From a bacterium (lineage in GTDB: Bacteria; Patescibacteriota; Minisyncoccia; Phycocordibacterales; JAGLPS01), in contig JAUYHB010000027.1 in NCBI GenBank assembly GCA_030690305.1, positions 79,670 to 143,669 on the forward strand: a DNA stretch of 64,000 nucleotides, written 5' to 3'. The stretch's first letter is position 1. Each line of letters starts with the position of its first letter. The notes below the pieces were generated by a model, which did not search any database, was not told where the DNA came from, and saw nothing but the letters and a program-made list of their open reading frames with translations. Positions 19,565 through 29,518 of the stretch are shown piece after piece. Position numbers and translations under genes: made by a program.

Positions 19565-22500
19565 TTAACCCCTGCTTGCTAAAAATTCCTTATTAACATC
19601 TAAATGTTCCTTTATTGATTGTTCAACACTGTCCGCGCATCTTTTCAATAAATTACTTAGAGCTCCCAGAGAAGTTTTTTTCTGCATCTCTTCGTAAATT
19701 CGCTTTTTTTCCAAAAGGGCTGGTGGAGCTTGACCACCAGAAGAAGACCATCCACCCTCAGGATATGTTTTCGAAAATAACAAAGAACGAATTGTCTTTA
19801 AATTATCACTCTTGATTCCTTCTTCAGAGATTCTTAAGAATAAATCAACAGTTTCACCGTTTAGTGGGAGGTATTGAGCACAAATCAATATCTCGTTAAT
19901 TTGCTTCTTTTGAACCAGTTCATTAATATATTCTGTTATATAAAGCTGATTTGTTTTATTGTTACGGGCGAATAAAATTGGCTTTAGTATTTTCTGAACG
20001 TCATAATATTCCACTCCTTCAGAATAAATATTATGCCATTCCAGAGATTGGGAAAGAAATTTCCTATAATCCTCGTAGGATTGAATTGATCCGCTCAAAT
20101 GTTTTATTCCATCATAAGGTATCGCCTCGAATTCGGCTCGTTTGTTATGCGTCTTAGATTCCTTAAGGCGATAATCAATGAAAGCAATTAATTCATCCAC
20201 ATTTCCAATACAAAATTCCACAATTTCCTGATCGTGCCATTCCAGCTCAGGCCTATCTTTTATTAAATCGTAGAGGGCTTTGACTAACTTGTTGATATCT
20301 TTGTGCTTCTTAAAATCATCCTTTAGTGAGTGGGTAAGAAATGAAACGTTGTCAACAAACTGATTATCGATATTTTTAATTTCATTTAACGCCAATAATA
20401 ATAATCCCATCAAGTCATCAACATTCTTATTTTCCTTGAAAACGAAATAAAGGTTTCGCACTACTTTGCTTATTATTTTGTCATTACCGCACCCAATGAG
20501 TTTTCTTGACCAATCCGATCGTTCTCTTGGTTGCTTTATTGTAATCAAATGTAACAATGTGCTGATTCGCTCATCTGTCGCCTTATTAATATCTGACAGT
20601 ATCTCGTTAGCTAACCGTTGCAGATGATTAGGATCAAGGTTCGTTAATGCACCGTCAATTTCCATTTTGAAATAATCGGGTATTAATTGCCATAATGTAG
20701 TGTTATCCCGAATTTCTCTAAAAGCGTCTGAATTCAACTCAACCCAACAATAAATAAAAATGGGATATAGATGTGAATTTAAAGGTTCAATCTTCTTGGC
20801 AAAACGATTTACAAATTTTGCTATCAACTCGGCAGAGCTATATTCCTGATTTAATTGTTGGACAGGCCTTGAAAAATCATGTGATTTCAAATACCATTTT
20901 TTTGACATTACATTCTCAACTAACCACGGCCATTTATTAGCTTGGGGAGCATCCTTTGAAACTTCTTCAAAACTCTGGACAATATCTAACCGAGAGGAAA
21001 AATATCGAAAAAGCTCGTATTCAGGACTTCGAGGAATACTTTTTAATAACTCAGTAATCTTTTCTATTCCCGGAGCATCTTGGGCCCACCAGTGCAAGAA
21101 CAAATCCTCTATGTCGCTCAACAGACGAAAATCTGTATTAGGATGAATCAAGCGGCCAATGTCATCAATAATTTTAATTTTTTCTTGAACAAATCTTTCG
21201 GCTAAAGGTAGCTGAGAAGGTGAGACATGGCCCATCCTCGTTTTGCCAATGTCGCTTACAACGTCAATTGCGCAAAGCTGGTACTCAATATTGGCATGTG
21301 TAAGCAATTTATCTAATAACGCCATTGCTGCATCTCTCATTTGTAATACTTTAGGATTATTGGGCAGAGGTCTTTCACCAAATTCCATTTTATCCAAATA
21401 AGAGCGGCTATATTCGTGGGTTGCTGCTAGAACTTCTGACAATGCTGATTTGACCATGTCCGCTCTATTTTTATTCGGCTCATCCAACCACTTCTCCATT
21501 AGATTCAGCATCTCAACAATAGAATCAACATCATTTCTTAAAGGAGAAACGCAATCTTTAATTAAAGTTAACGGTTTATAGTTGTCATATGTTCCCTTCA
21601 TTTCTAATGAATATAATCTTTCAATTAAGCATAAAATTTCATTTCGGTATTTGTGGCTTCTGATTAAACCATCAATGGCCGGGCCATAATCATCTGTAGA
21701 AAGCAATACAACGCGATAATCATCGGGATAAAGGAAGCTAGTTTCTTGGGGAGGGGGAAAGTCAAAATATGTATTTATTAAATCAAGACAACCTTTGGGT
21801 ATAAATTCGACAACATTTTTTAACCATTCCAGTCTTTCTCTTCTTTCAGTCCCCGAAGTATCTTTAGCCTTGTCGATCCACTCGTTTATAAATTCCTCTA
21901 ACATAGCTGAAATAATGTTAGCTTGACCATATTTAAATGTGGCTCCCAAATTAACAAAGATATTTTTCGAAAACAGAGGCATCCATTGCAAAACTAGGTT
22001 TTTCAAGTACTCCTTACTTAACTGTTCTAGCTTATACAATAAGTAAACATCGCCTCGCATGTCAGGTGAAAATCGAATTGCGCGGCCGACTTGCCGTAAT
22101 ATATTAGACTGAACCAGCCGATCAATGGCCTTTTTTATAAGATCACTACTTTTATTTAACTGTTTAGCTATTTCGTCAATCGTTCCCTGATTATCCTTAT
22201 TAAAAGGCACAATACATGCTAGATTTAAAAGAAGTTCATCCGCGCCGTCTTGAAAAACATCAGCAAGTGACTTCTTTGCATCAACAATAATATCTTCAAT
22301 TATTTCAGCTTTAATTTTAGAAAAGTCTTTAATCCCATCCCCCCTAATACGCTTTCCGATAAGAACAATAAAGTATGGATTAGGAAAGTCATGCACAATG
22401 ATTTCCTCATCGTTAACTCTATCTTTATTTGCACAGGCACGAAGCAGTTTCAATAAATCATCCTTAGGCCACTCATTAATTTTCAGAACAGTGGTAAACC

Positions 22501-23416
22501 CGCTCGCCCTAAACTCTTGTATTCTATCTTGCAAAATATAAATTCCAGATGTCCTTAAGCTAAGCACAACTTTGATATCCACACCGCTTTTAGTTAAAAA
22601 GGCCAAAAGAGGATTTAAAGTATTTAAATCACGGTCTGCATCGTCAAGAATTAATAAGTATTTCTGTTTAGGGTCAATTTCTTCTTGTATGGCAGCTTCA
22701 AAAGATCGATAACCCGTTTTAAGCATCCATGGCTGCCGAGTGGGGTCATACTCATATGCCAAAGTTGCTATTTCTCGCAGCAAATGCGATTTGCCAAAGC
22801 CGCCGGGTGCGTGAACAACAAATAATTGGTGCTTATCTGAAGCCATAAACTTTTGAAATTCTTCTATATAAGATTTAAATGCAGTGATCTCATGGGCAGG
22901 GACATCAATTAACTGCTTCTCTAAATCATCAAAATATAGACTGGCGGGGACTAATAACGGATGCTGTGGATCACCGAAATAAGAATTTCTAAGAAAGGGC
23001 TGTCGCTCAATTCTAATTTTTAGATTTTCTCTATGCCAAACATGTAGTGATTTTATTTCCTTGGGTTTTAAATTTTCCAAAGCCTTGACTTGGTCAACCC
23101 TTAATTCTGCAGTGGTAGCAATGCGAAGGTGCTCAACCTTGTTTTTAATTGCCTTGTCGATTTCCTTACTAATTTCCGACTTTAAATGACCCTCTGCTTC
23201 ACTAAAATTCTTTTGCGTCCATTTTGATTGAATGGAAAATAAACCCTCTAAATTCTCGCTAGGGTAAAACCCTTCATAATAACCATCCCAGCCGTTATCA
23301 AAACCAATGTAAGGACTCGAAGGAATAAAAGCTGGCGAGTTACATTCAATTGCGAATAAGTGATTAACCAATCTTTGAAAATCTTTTTCGTTAGTTATTT
23401 TTCCCAGATCTACCAT
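19565..23416 (-). CDS. REase-like + STAND NTPase + helical sensor protein (Avs/NLR-like defence candidate)
   Basis: N-terminal DFQRLV..DNGWDG..SIQSK (Mrr-like D-QxK); Walker A APGGFGKS; Walker B LLILDDAD; long all-alpha C-terminus; AT-rich. Confidence 0.75.
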   Translation of the reverse strand: MVDLGKITNEKDFQRLVNHLFAIECNSPAFIPSSPYIGFDNGWDGYYEGFYPSENLEGLFSIQSKWTQKNFSEAEGHLKSEISKEIDKAIKNKVEHLRIATTAELRVDQVKALENLKPKEIKSLHVWHRENLKIRIERQPFLRNSYFGDPQHPLLVPASLYFDDLEKQLIDVPAHEITAFKSYIEEFQKFMASDKHQLFVVHAPGGFGKSHLLREIATLAYEYDPTRQPWMLKTGYRSFEAAIQEEIDPKQKYLLILDDADRDLNTLNPLLAFLTKSGVDIKVVLSLRTSGIYILQDRIQEFRASGFTTVLKINEWPKDDLLKLLRACANKDRVNDEEIIVHDFPNPYFIVLIGKRIRGDGIKDFSKIKAEIIEDIIVDAKKSLADVFQDGADELLLNLACIVPFNKDNQGTIDEIAKQLNKSSDLIKKAIDRLVQSNILRQVGRAIRFSPDMRGDVYLLYKLEQLSKEYLKNLVLQWMPLFSKNIFVNLGATFKYGQANIISAMLEEFINEWIDKAKDTSGTERRERLEWLKNVVEFIPKGCLDLINTYFDFPPPQETSFLYPDDYRVVLLSTDDYGPAIDGLIRSHKYRNEILCLIERLYSLEMKGTYDNYKPLTLIKDCVSPLRNDVDSIVEMLNLMEKWLDEPNKNRADMVKSALSEVLAATHEYSRSYLDKMEFGERPLPNNPKVLQMRDAAMALLDKLLTHANIEYQLCAIDVVSDIGKTRMGHVSPSQLPLAERFVQEKIKIIDDIGRLIHPNTDFRLLSDIEDLFLHWWAQDAPGIEKITELLKSIPRSPEYELFRYFSSRLDIVQSFEEVSKDAPQANKWPWLVENVMSKKWYLKSHDFSRPVQQLNQEYSSAELIAKFVNRFAKKIEPLNSHLYPIFIYCWVELNSDAFREIRDNTTLWQLIPDYFKMEIDGALTNLDPNHLQRLANEILSDINKATDERISTLLHLITIKQPRERSDWSRKLIGCGNDKIISKVVRNLYFVFKENKNVDDLMGLLLLALNEIKNIDNQFVDNVSFLTHSLKDDFKKHKDINKLVKALYDLIKDRPELEWHDQEIVEFCIGNVDELIAFIDYRLKESKTHNKRAEFEAIPYDGIKHLSGSIQSYEDYRKFLSQSLEWHNIYSEGVEYYDVQKILKPILFARNNKTNQLYITEYINELVQKKQINEILICAQYLPLNGETVDLFLRISEEGIKSDNLKTIRSLLFSKTYPEGGWSSSGGQAPPALLEKKRIYEEMQKKTSLGALSNLLKRCADSVEQSIKEHLDVNKEFLASRG

Positions 23417-23485
23417 TAAATTACTCTCATTTTAATTTTCTTTGCCTATTAGTCTTTCTTGAAATTAAGGTTATTTTAACGCACT

Positions 23486-25432
23486 TCACACCATTTTGAC
23501 ACCAAAACTTTCAAGCCATCGCTGGATTACGCCTAAATGCTTTTCCCCCAGCCCTCGGTTACCTGTTTCCCACCTTGCCAACGTCCCCGGATCAACGCCT
23601 AAACGCCTCGCCAGTTGTGCTTGGGACAGGCCTAGGGTCTTCCGACAATGTATGATTTGCTCTGTGAGTGTCTGGGCCTCTGGCAATGGATTGTAGCCTA
23701 AGAATTCAATGATCTTGGGAATAAAGCGGATTTCGGGTTCGGTAAGCCCTAGTTCCCAGTGGCAGATGGTCATTTCATCGGCGCCAATTTGTGCGGCCGC
23801 CTGTTTCTGGAACAGCCCAAGGTCTAACCTGCGCTTCTTAACATGGTCTCCGATGGTGGTAAGGCTCTTGGGATAGGCCGGATCAGGCGGCTTTTGGGCG
23901 GTACGCCTGATATGGCAAAAAGGCAACGCAAGGATGTGGTTCTGAAGCTCTTTGGCCACTTTCTTAGTGGAGGGCAAATAAAAGAGGTTGACTTCCACTT
24001 CATCCTTCCCAATGACAATGCTTTCCGTAATGTTCTCTATAATCTTGCGTTTCTCCGCAAATTCAAGCCGGGACCAGTTCCCGTACAACCCCTTTCCCTC
24101 AGCAAGGATTTCATCCGATGAGAGGTAGTTAATCTTCAAGAAGTCGATTTCGGCCTGAACGCGCGGCATCTCATCTTCCAGTTGCTTTTCTTTCTCCTCC
24201 AAGGGTAAGTAGCGCTTGCCGAACCCTTCCTTGGTGATCTGTTTGGCCATATACAGGTCATATGTTTCATCCATTTCCTTTTTAATCTTCTGATACTCCC
24301 TCTCCAAGGCCTGCATCAGTTCCGCTTTGTCCTTGATGGTGTCTTCCGCCCCGTGAAGGTACTTCTCTATATCCTCAGGGGACATGAAGAACCCTTTCAG
24401 TTCCTCAAGGTAGATTTCCTCAAGGTCGGAAATAGTGATTTTGTTTCGGCACTTGCGGCATACGTATTTGTTGGGGTAATTGGAAAGGACGTACATCTGA
24501 CCCTTGCAGGCGCAGACCGCATATCCGGCAAACAACTGTACGGCCGTTCTCGATACCCGTTTTCGTGACTTTCCCTGTTCCTCAAGAATGTGATTGCATC
24601 GCTGCCACAGTTCGGGAGAAATGATGGGCTCGACTTCCGTGAAAACCCAGTCTTTCTCCGGCTTTACTTCCCAATGCCTCTTTCTATCAAGCGTTTTACT
24701 GTAATTGGCGCGGTGCAGTCCTTTAGCAGTGGAGTCTCTCAAGAGCCGGTCAACGGTCGTGTCCGAGAATTTTGAATTGTTCCTCGTTCGATAACCGGCT
24801 TCGTTCAAAAGACGCGCAACAACCTTCTTTCGCCTGTGTTCCAAGAAAAGCTCGTACATCTGTTTTCGAATCGGCACCTCGTTCGGAGCTGGGATAAGTT
24901 TCTTGTCCTTCCACTGATAGCCAAAAGGCGCCGCTCCCCCCAAGGGTTTCCCCAATTTTGCCCTGATGGGCACGGAGGCAGCGACGCGTTCCGCAATTTC
25001 ATCTCGTTCCCATTGGGCAAGCGCACTAATCATGGTATACAGGAGGCGTCCGGCGGGACTGCTTGTATCGATTGATTCTTGCAAGCTGATCAAGTCAGCA
25101 TTGCACTCTCTAAAGATTTCGGCGAATTCCAAAAGTTCTTTGGTGTTCCGTGCAAGCCGAGCGAGTTTGGAAAAAATAAGGCCGGTGATCGTTCCCTTGC
25201 GAACGTCGCTTAACATTCTCTGAGTTTCTGGATGATTGAAGACGGTCTTCCCGCTCACGGCTTCAAGATGATACACTGTTTTTACGTCCCACCCCTTCGA
25301 TTCGGCGTAATAGCTGGCTCGCTTTTCATGGTGCTCTGGGCTCTCTCCTTTTGCCTGATCTTCGGTCGATACTCTGATCCATATGCCGACTTGCTTTTTT
25401 AATCCATTTCCCTCATGTACATTCTTAGGCAT
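23486..25432 (-). CDS. Large serine recombinase fused in frame to a tandem XRE HTH domain
   Basis: WIRVSTEDQ catalytic Ser; SKLARLARN; recombinase domain; CACK/CRKC Zn ribbon; coiled coil; then GDHVKKRRLDLGLFQKQAA and CRKTLGLSQAQLARRLGVD HTHs. Confidence 0.9.
   Translation of the reverse strand: MPKNVHEGNGLKKQVGIWIRVSTEDQAKGESPEHHEKRASYYAESKGWDVKTVYHLEAVSGKTVFNHPETQRMLSDVRKGTITGLIFSKLARLARNTKELLEFAEIFRECNADLISLQESIDTSSPAGRLLYTMISALAQWERDEIAERVAASVPIRAKLGKPLGGAAPFGYQWKDKKLIPAPNEVPIRKQMYELFLEHRRKKVVARLLNEAGYRTRNNSKFSDTTVDRLLRDSTAKGLHRANYSKTLDRKRHWEVKPEKDWVFTEVEPIISPELWQRCNHILEEQGKSRKRVSRTAVQLFAGYAVCACKGQMYVLSNYPNKYVCRKCRNKITISDLEEIYLEELKGFFMSPEDIEKYLHGAEDTIKDKAELMQALEREYQKIKKEMDETYDLYMAKQITKEGFGKRYLPLEEKEKQLEDEMPRVQAEIDFLKINYLSSDEILAEGKGLYGNWSRLEFAEKRKIIENITESIVIGKDEVEVNLFYLPSTKKVAKELQNHILALPFCHIRRTAQKPPDPAYPKSLTTIGDHVKKRRLDLGLFQKQAAAQIGADEMTICHWELGLTEPEIRFIPKIIEFLGYNPLPEAQTLTEQIIHCRKTLGLSQAQLARRLGVDPGTLARWETGNRGLGEKHLGVIQRWLESFGVKMV
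23913..23958. other. Putative intact attP site within the recombinase-HTH junction
   Basis: Minus TGGCCAAAGAGC-TTCAGAACCA-CA-TCCTTGCGTT-GCCTTTTTGCCA: 46 bp, 12-bp arms 9/12 inverted, symmetric about a central CA. Confidence 0.6.
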
Positions 25433-25442
25433 GGCGCCCTCC

Positions 25443-28400
25443 TCACTTCTTCAGCTCTTTGAGTTTCTTTAAAGAATTGGCAACGACCCTCACAATCGCC
25501 TGCTCGCGGATTTCTGCGCTGTCAGTCGGGCGATAATTTGTCTTTAATTTATATCCCTTCACCGTCTTTTCGGTGCTCATTGATTTCATCGCGATTTCCT
25601 GCATGAAGGGTAAGAGTTGTTCGGGAGAAAAGAAACACACCCGCTCTCTATCCTCTTCGGTAACTTCCAACGCGATAGCATTTCTTAACTGTTCGAGTTT
25701 TCTGGGATCAGCGGATATTACCGTAACATATTGGAATCCTGCGGACAAACACTTTTTAACGTTGGCCGCCTCCTGATCCACCGGCGTCGTTACGCAAATC
25801 TGGCAGGCGATGGAACACTCCCCTTTTTGAAGCGCGACATCGACGCTTCCTTTGCCGTCGAGAATGGATTTCTCGATCACGGAAAGATACCCCAAATCAT
25901 CCGCCTGTTTTTTTATGAGAAACTGAAGGTACTTATGCTCCCTGCCTCCTCTCCCCGGCTGAACTGGTATGGGAGATCTCTTTCTCTCGGCAATCGCATG
26001 GATCGGCGCGGATTCTCTTGCAGACGGAATGTCTTCTTTTAGAACTCTGACTTCTTCCTTCTTCGGTTGAACAATTGACGGCTTTTCAACTTCAAATTCC
26101 ATTCTCGGTTCAATTGGCAAGTTCTCTCGTCGAATGCCGTATTTCTCTCTCGAAAGAGCGATGATTCGCCGCCGCTTCTCCTCGGCAATCGTCTTGTCAA
26201 CCCTCGGGAGAAGTGCAGTCGTCAGATTGAAATCAAAGTCGGCCCGCTCGATTCGGCAGACAGCCTCTCCGATTCCCAAGCTCTGCATGTCATCCGACTT
26301 GAAAAAAGAAAAACCGTTCTCCAGTTTTCTCGCGTCTTGGTCTCCCAAACGAAAACAAATGCGGGTACACGCGTTCGCAAGCACCGCGCTCGCGACATCC
26401 GGGTCGCGCGCTTCCAACTGCCGTAATTCCTGATGCGCAAGCGTCAGCCCTAAACGATATTTTCGGGCGCCGGAGAGAATAGATGCCATAGAAGGCGTGG
26501 AGAAATTTTGGAATTCATCGATATACAGCCAGAAGTCCCGCCGGTCTTCTTCTCTTGTTTCTTGTCTCCCCATGACGAGCTGATGAAATTTGGAAACGAG
26601 CAGACTGCCGAAAAGATAGGCGTTCTCCTCTCCGATGGCTCCCTGCGAAAGTCTGGCGAGAAGAATCTTTCCGCCGTTCATGATTTCAGCAAAGTTGAGA
26701 CGGTTTTCTTTTTGGGAAACCATATTGCGGATAGGCTTCGGACGAAGAAAAGCGTCAAGCCGGGTAATAATCGGGGCTTGGGGTCTTCCGGACAAAAGCG
26801 GATAAGCACGGGTCCAATAATAGACAACCTCGGGGTCGGTGACTGTTTTCAAAAATTCCGTTCTGAAGGACGGCTCGATGAGAAACCTGCGCAAATCGGC
26901 TAATGTGCCGCCGCGTGTGCTTTCGAGAAATGCGATCACCGCATTCGAGAATACGGATGTCATCTGGTCTCCCCATGCTGTCGAAAGCCTGCGGAAAACG
27001 GCGACGAGATCGGAGGCAAGCAAATTCTTCTCGAGCTCGGAATGCGCGGACAAAATGTTAAAGCCGATTGCGTATTCTTCATCCGATGGGTCGAGGACGA
27101 TGACGTCCTCGAAGCGTTCTTCCGGAATGTGTTCCAATATGGTGTTCACTAAGTCACCATGCGGATCAAGAACGGCAATTCCTTCCCCATTGCGGATATC
27201 CTGCAAAATGAGATTAAGCAGCAACGTGCTCTTGCCGGTACCACTCGCGCCGATTACATGCGTATGACGCACTCTTTGGTTCGAGTTTAAGGTAACCATT
27301 CGAGTCTCGCCGAGATGAACGTTTTCCCCGAGAACCAAGTTATGGTTTAACGCCGTCTTGGGCGCGGCTTTGGTCTTCTTTGCCCTCCGGTTAAGTTTTT
27401 CCGTTTTCACTGAATCCGAGGGCAGATGGACAATGGAAATTAGTTCATCACTATTGAGAATCATGCCGCTTCTTCTCGATTTCCTTGCGATCAAATCATT
27501 CTCGCGGTCTTCTAAACTATACCGTTCATCGTCTTCAAGCGGAATCAATTCGTTGCCGGTGGGATTTGAAAAGACCGACAGACTTCCCGCAAGCGCCTTC
27601 ACGATCTCTCTTGACCTATCCATTCGCGTGCTTCGCGCGGCAATGCGCACAACTGCGGCGTATAAAGGCTTTTCGACTTTTGTCTTGGCTTGAGCGGCAA
27701 AATCCGGGGCGTTCATAAAGAATGGCGTGCCGTCGGGACAGATGACTGCTTGCAAAATGCTTTCAGCCCACGGCGCGCAAACCGGCTCGAAAATCACCTG
27801 AAATACAGCGGCTTCTCCATCCCGCATCTCCGACAATGCTCCCATGATTCCGATAAATGGATCGGGGTCTAACTTACGTGAAGTTGCAAGCGGCAACATG
27901 AACTCCTGAGCAAGTCCGAAATCAACTATGGCAGTCTCTCCATCGCCTTTGACGCCTCTCCATGAATTTCTAAAGAAATCGGAACGGATAGACATGGAGG
28001 CTTCCGGGAAATGCGCGGAGAGCTGGGCCCTTACCTGACCCAGATCACCATCCGAAACGACGATTTGAACCGTGATCGAATCGGACAAACCGATGATTTC
28101 GAAAACAAGCGGGTGCGCGCAATACGACAGGCTCAACAAAAATTGTTCAAAGACTTCTTTGGAAACTTGGGATGCGGCGGGCAGGGTTATCTGAATCTCA
28201 TGAGGCAAAGTATATGACGCCCTGTTGGATTCGATATCAAGCGGTTCCGCCTCTTCGGGAGCATCGCTCGCCGTATTCTTTCTTCGCGAGACAAGCAGAC
28301 CAAACACTTGATCTGTCACGCTACTTAAAAAAGTCTTCCTGCGTCCGTCATCGATGGAGGGTTGGGTTGAGTAATATCCGGGAAACGATACGAACGGAGG

Positions 28401-28517
28401 CTCAGGAAGAACATGAAAATCAAAAGATTGTATTCCTCTGCCCCCATATTCCCATTCGTAAAACCGGCGGGTGGCTTTGACGATTTGCGATTCGTATATA
28501 TCTTCTGCCAATGCCAT
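25443..28517 (-). CDS. VirD4/TraD-like coupling ATPase with C-terminal REase-like domain
   Basis: RHTHVIGASGTGKS, LDPHGDL, LYIDEFQNF, ARKYRLGLTLAHQ; C-terminal EHKYLQ...VDVAL...IACQI. Confidence 0.85.
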   Translation of the reverse strand: MALAEDIYESQIVKATRRFYEWEYGGRGIQSFDFHVLPEPPFVSFPGYYSTQPSIDDGRRKTFLSSVTDQVFGLLVSRRKNTASDAPEEAEPLDIESNRASYTLPHEIQITLPAASQVSKEVFEQFLLSLSYCAHPLVFEIIGLSDSITVQIVVSDGDLGQVRAQLSAHFPEASMSIRSDFFRNSWRGVKGDGETAIVDFGLAQEFMLPLATSRKLDPDPFIGIMGALSEMRDGEAAVFQVIFEPVCAPWAESILQAVICPDGTPFFMNAPDFAAQAKTKVEKPLYAAVVRIAARSTRMDRSREIVKALAGSLSVFSNPTGNELIPLEDDERYSLEDRENDLIARKSRRSGMILNSDELISIVHLPSDSVKTEKLNRRAKKTKAAPKTALNHNLVLGENVHLGETRMVTLNSNQRVRHTHVIGASGTGKSTLLLNLILQDIRNGEGIAVLDPHGDLVNTILEHIPEERFEDVIVLDPSDEEYAIGFNILSAHSELEKNLLASDLVAVFRRLSTAWGDQMTSVFSNAVIAFLESTRGGTLADLRRFLIEPSFRTEFLKTVTDPEVVYYWTRAYPLLSGRPQAPIITRLDAFLRPKPIRNMVSQKENRLNFAEIMNGGKILLARLSQGAIGEENAYLFGSLLVSKFHQLVMGRQETREEDRRDFWLYIDEFQNFSTPSMASILSGARKYRLGLTLAHQELRQLEARDPDVASAVLANACTRICFRLGDQDARKLENGFSFFKSDDMQSLGIGEAVCRIERADFDFNLTTALLPRVDKTIAEEKRRRIIALSREKYGIRRENLPIEPRMEFEVEKPSIVQPKKEEVRVLKEDIPSARESAPIHAIAERKRSPIPVQPGRGGREHKYLQFLIKKQADDLGYLSVIEKSILDGKGSVDVALQKGECSIACQICVTTPVDQEAANVKKCLSAGFQYVTVISADPRKLEQLRNAIALEVTEEDRERVCFFSPEQLLPFMQEIAMKSMSTEKTVKGYKLKTNYRPTDSAEIREQAIVRVVANSLKKLKELKK

Positions 28518-28537
28518 GCAACAATTCCTTCAATGAA

Positions 28538-29167
28538 TCATTTCCACAGGGACTTCATAATCGGTTTGCGTTGATCTTCGGTAAGTCTGATTCCCTTAGC
28601 TTTCGTCACTTCGTCTATGACTTCCAACACTGCTGAATGAACGGCATCGGCGTAGCTATTTATGGCGTCATAGCGAAAAAAAGTAACGGGCCTAAAAAAA
28701 TAATAGTAGACGGCACCAAGGAGAAGAATTTTGAGGACGATAGCATCAAAGTCCGTCAATCCTTTGCTCGCCATGCTTCTCGAAAACCAGACAAGCGAGC
28801 CGATTACTCCGGCAAGAACCACCGATCCCCAGAAGAATCCTAACGATGAAATAAACACATTGAAGAAAAGAACCACGATGACAAGCAGGACAAGCATTTG
28901 AAGAGGAGTAAGACGCGACGATATGTCCCCCAATCTCGATGAAAAGAAGAAGCCAGTCCCGAACGGTGCGGCGCATATGTAGCCGATAAGCCGCTCCCGG
29001 CTTAAACGCAGATACTCACGATTACTGGAAAGCAGTCCCCCTTCTTTCCATTCAACACGTGATATTTCCAAGTTGGGTATTTGACGCCGGGCAATGGCTT
29101 TTTCGAGGAGATCGTAAAATTCTTGAGGGGAAGTATTGAAATTTTCTATAAGGTGATGCCAACTCAA
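28538..29167 (-). CDS. Membrane protein in the ATPase/recombinase operon (true start may lie slightly upstream)
   Basis: Hydrophobic segments; ends 20 nt before the ATPase start. Confidence 0.7.
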   Translation of the reverse strand: MSWHHLIENFNTSPQEFYDLLEKAIARRQIPNLEISRVEWKEGGLLSSNREYLRLSRERLIGYICAAPFGTGFFFSSRLGDISSRLTPLQMLVLLVIVVLFFNVFISSLGFFWGSVVLAGVIGSLVWFSRSMASKGLTDFDAIVLKILLLGAVYYYFFRPVTFFRYDAINSYADAVHSAVLEVIDEVTKAKGIRLTEDQRKPIMKSLWK

Positions 29168-29518
29168 AATTACATCTATTTTCTCAGCCCGTTGGATTAT
29201 AAGCCCCTTTTTTGAAATGATAACAATTTAAAAATTTATTATACCATTTCTAAGCTAATGAGTTATAAAAAATGATTGGACGGGTGCATCCCCCATACTT
29301 AATAAAGTTTCATGCCTCTTAGTTGGCAAAGTTTTAAGAATAGCTCAGGCATACCAACATTGCAGTGACACGTCTATTTGATTATCGTTTTACATCTAAA
29401 ATTTCGTACTAAAAATTGATTCAAAACCACTTCCCTTTCCTGTATAATTATATTTAAGTTGGTCTTCAATATTTATCTTGTTAGCACATATCCCTATAGT
29501 TTTCCAAGGAGGACAAAA

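Larger units (their letters stand above)
9800..29250. mobile_element. Probable integrative element built around the serine recombinase/coupling ATPase module with cargo (boundaries approximate)
   Basis: Recombinase + T4CP-like ATPase + TraT + defence cargo; mosaic GC; diderm-type envelope genes. Confidence 0.45.

Noticed and set aside
16766-23486. Integron cassette array among the co-oriented accessory genes
   Set aside because: Intergenic gaps lack RYYYAAC...GTTRRRY attC structures and there is no tyrosine integrase.
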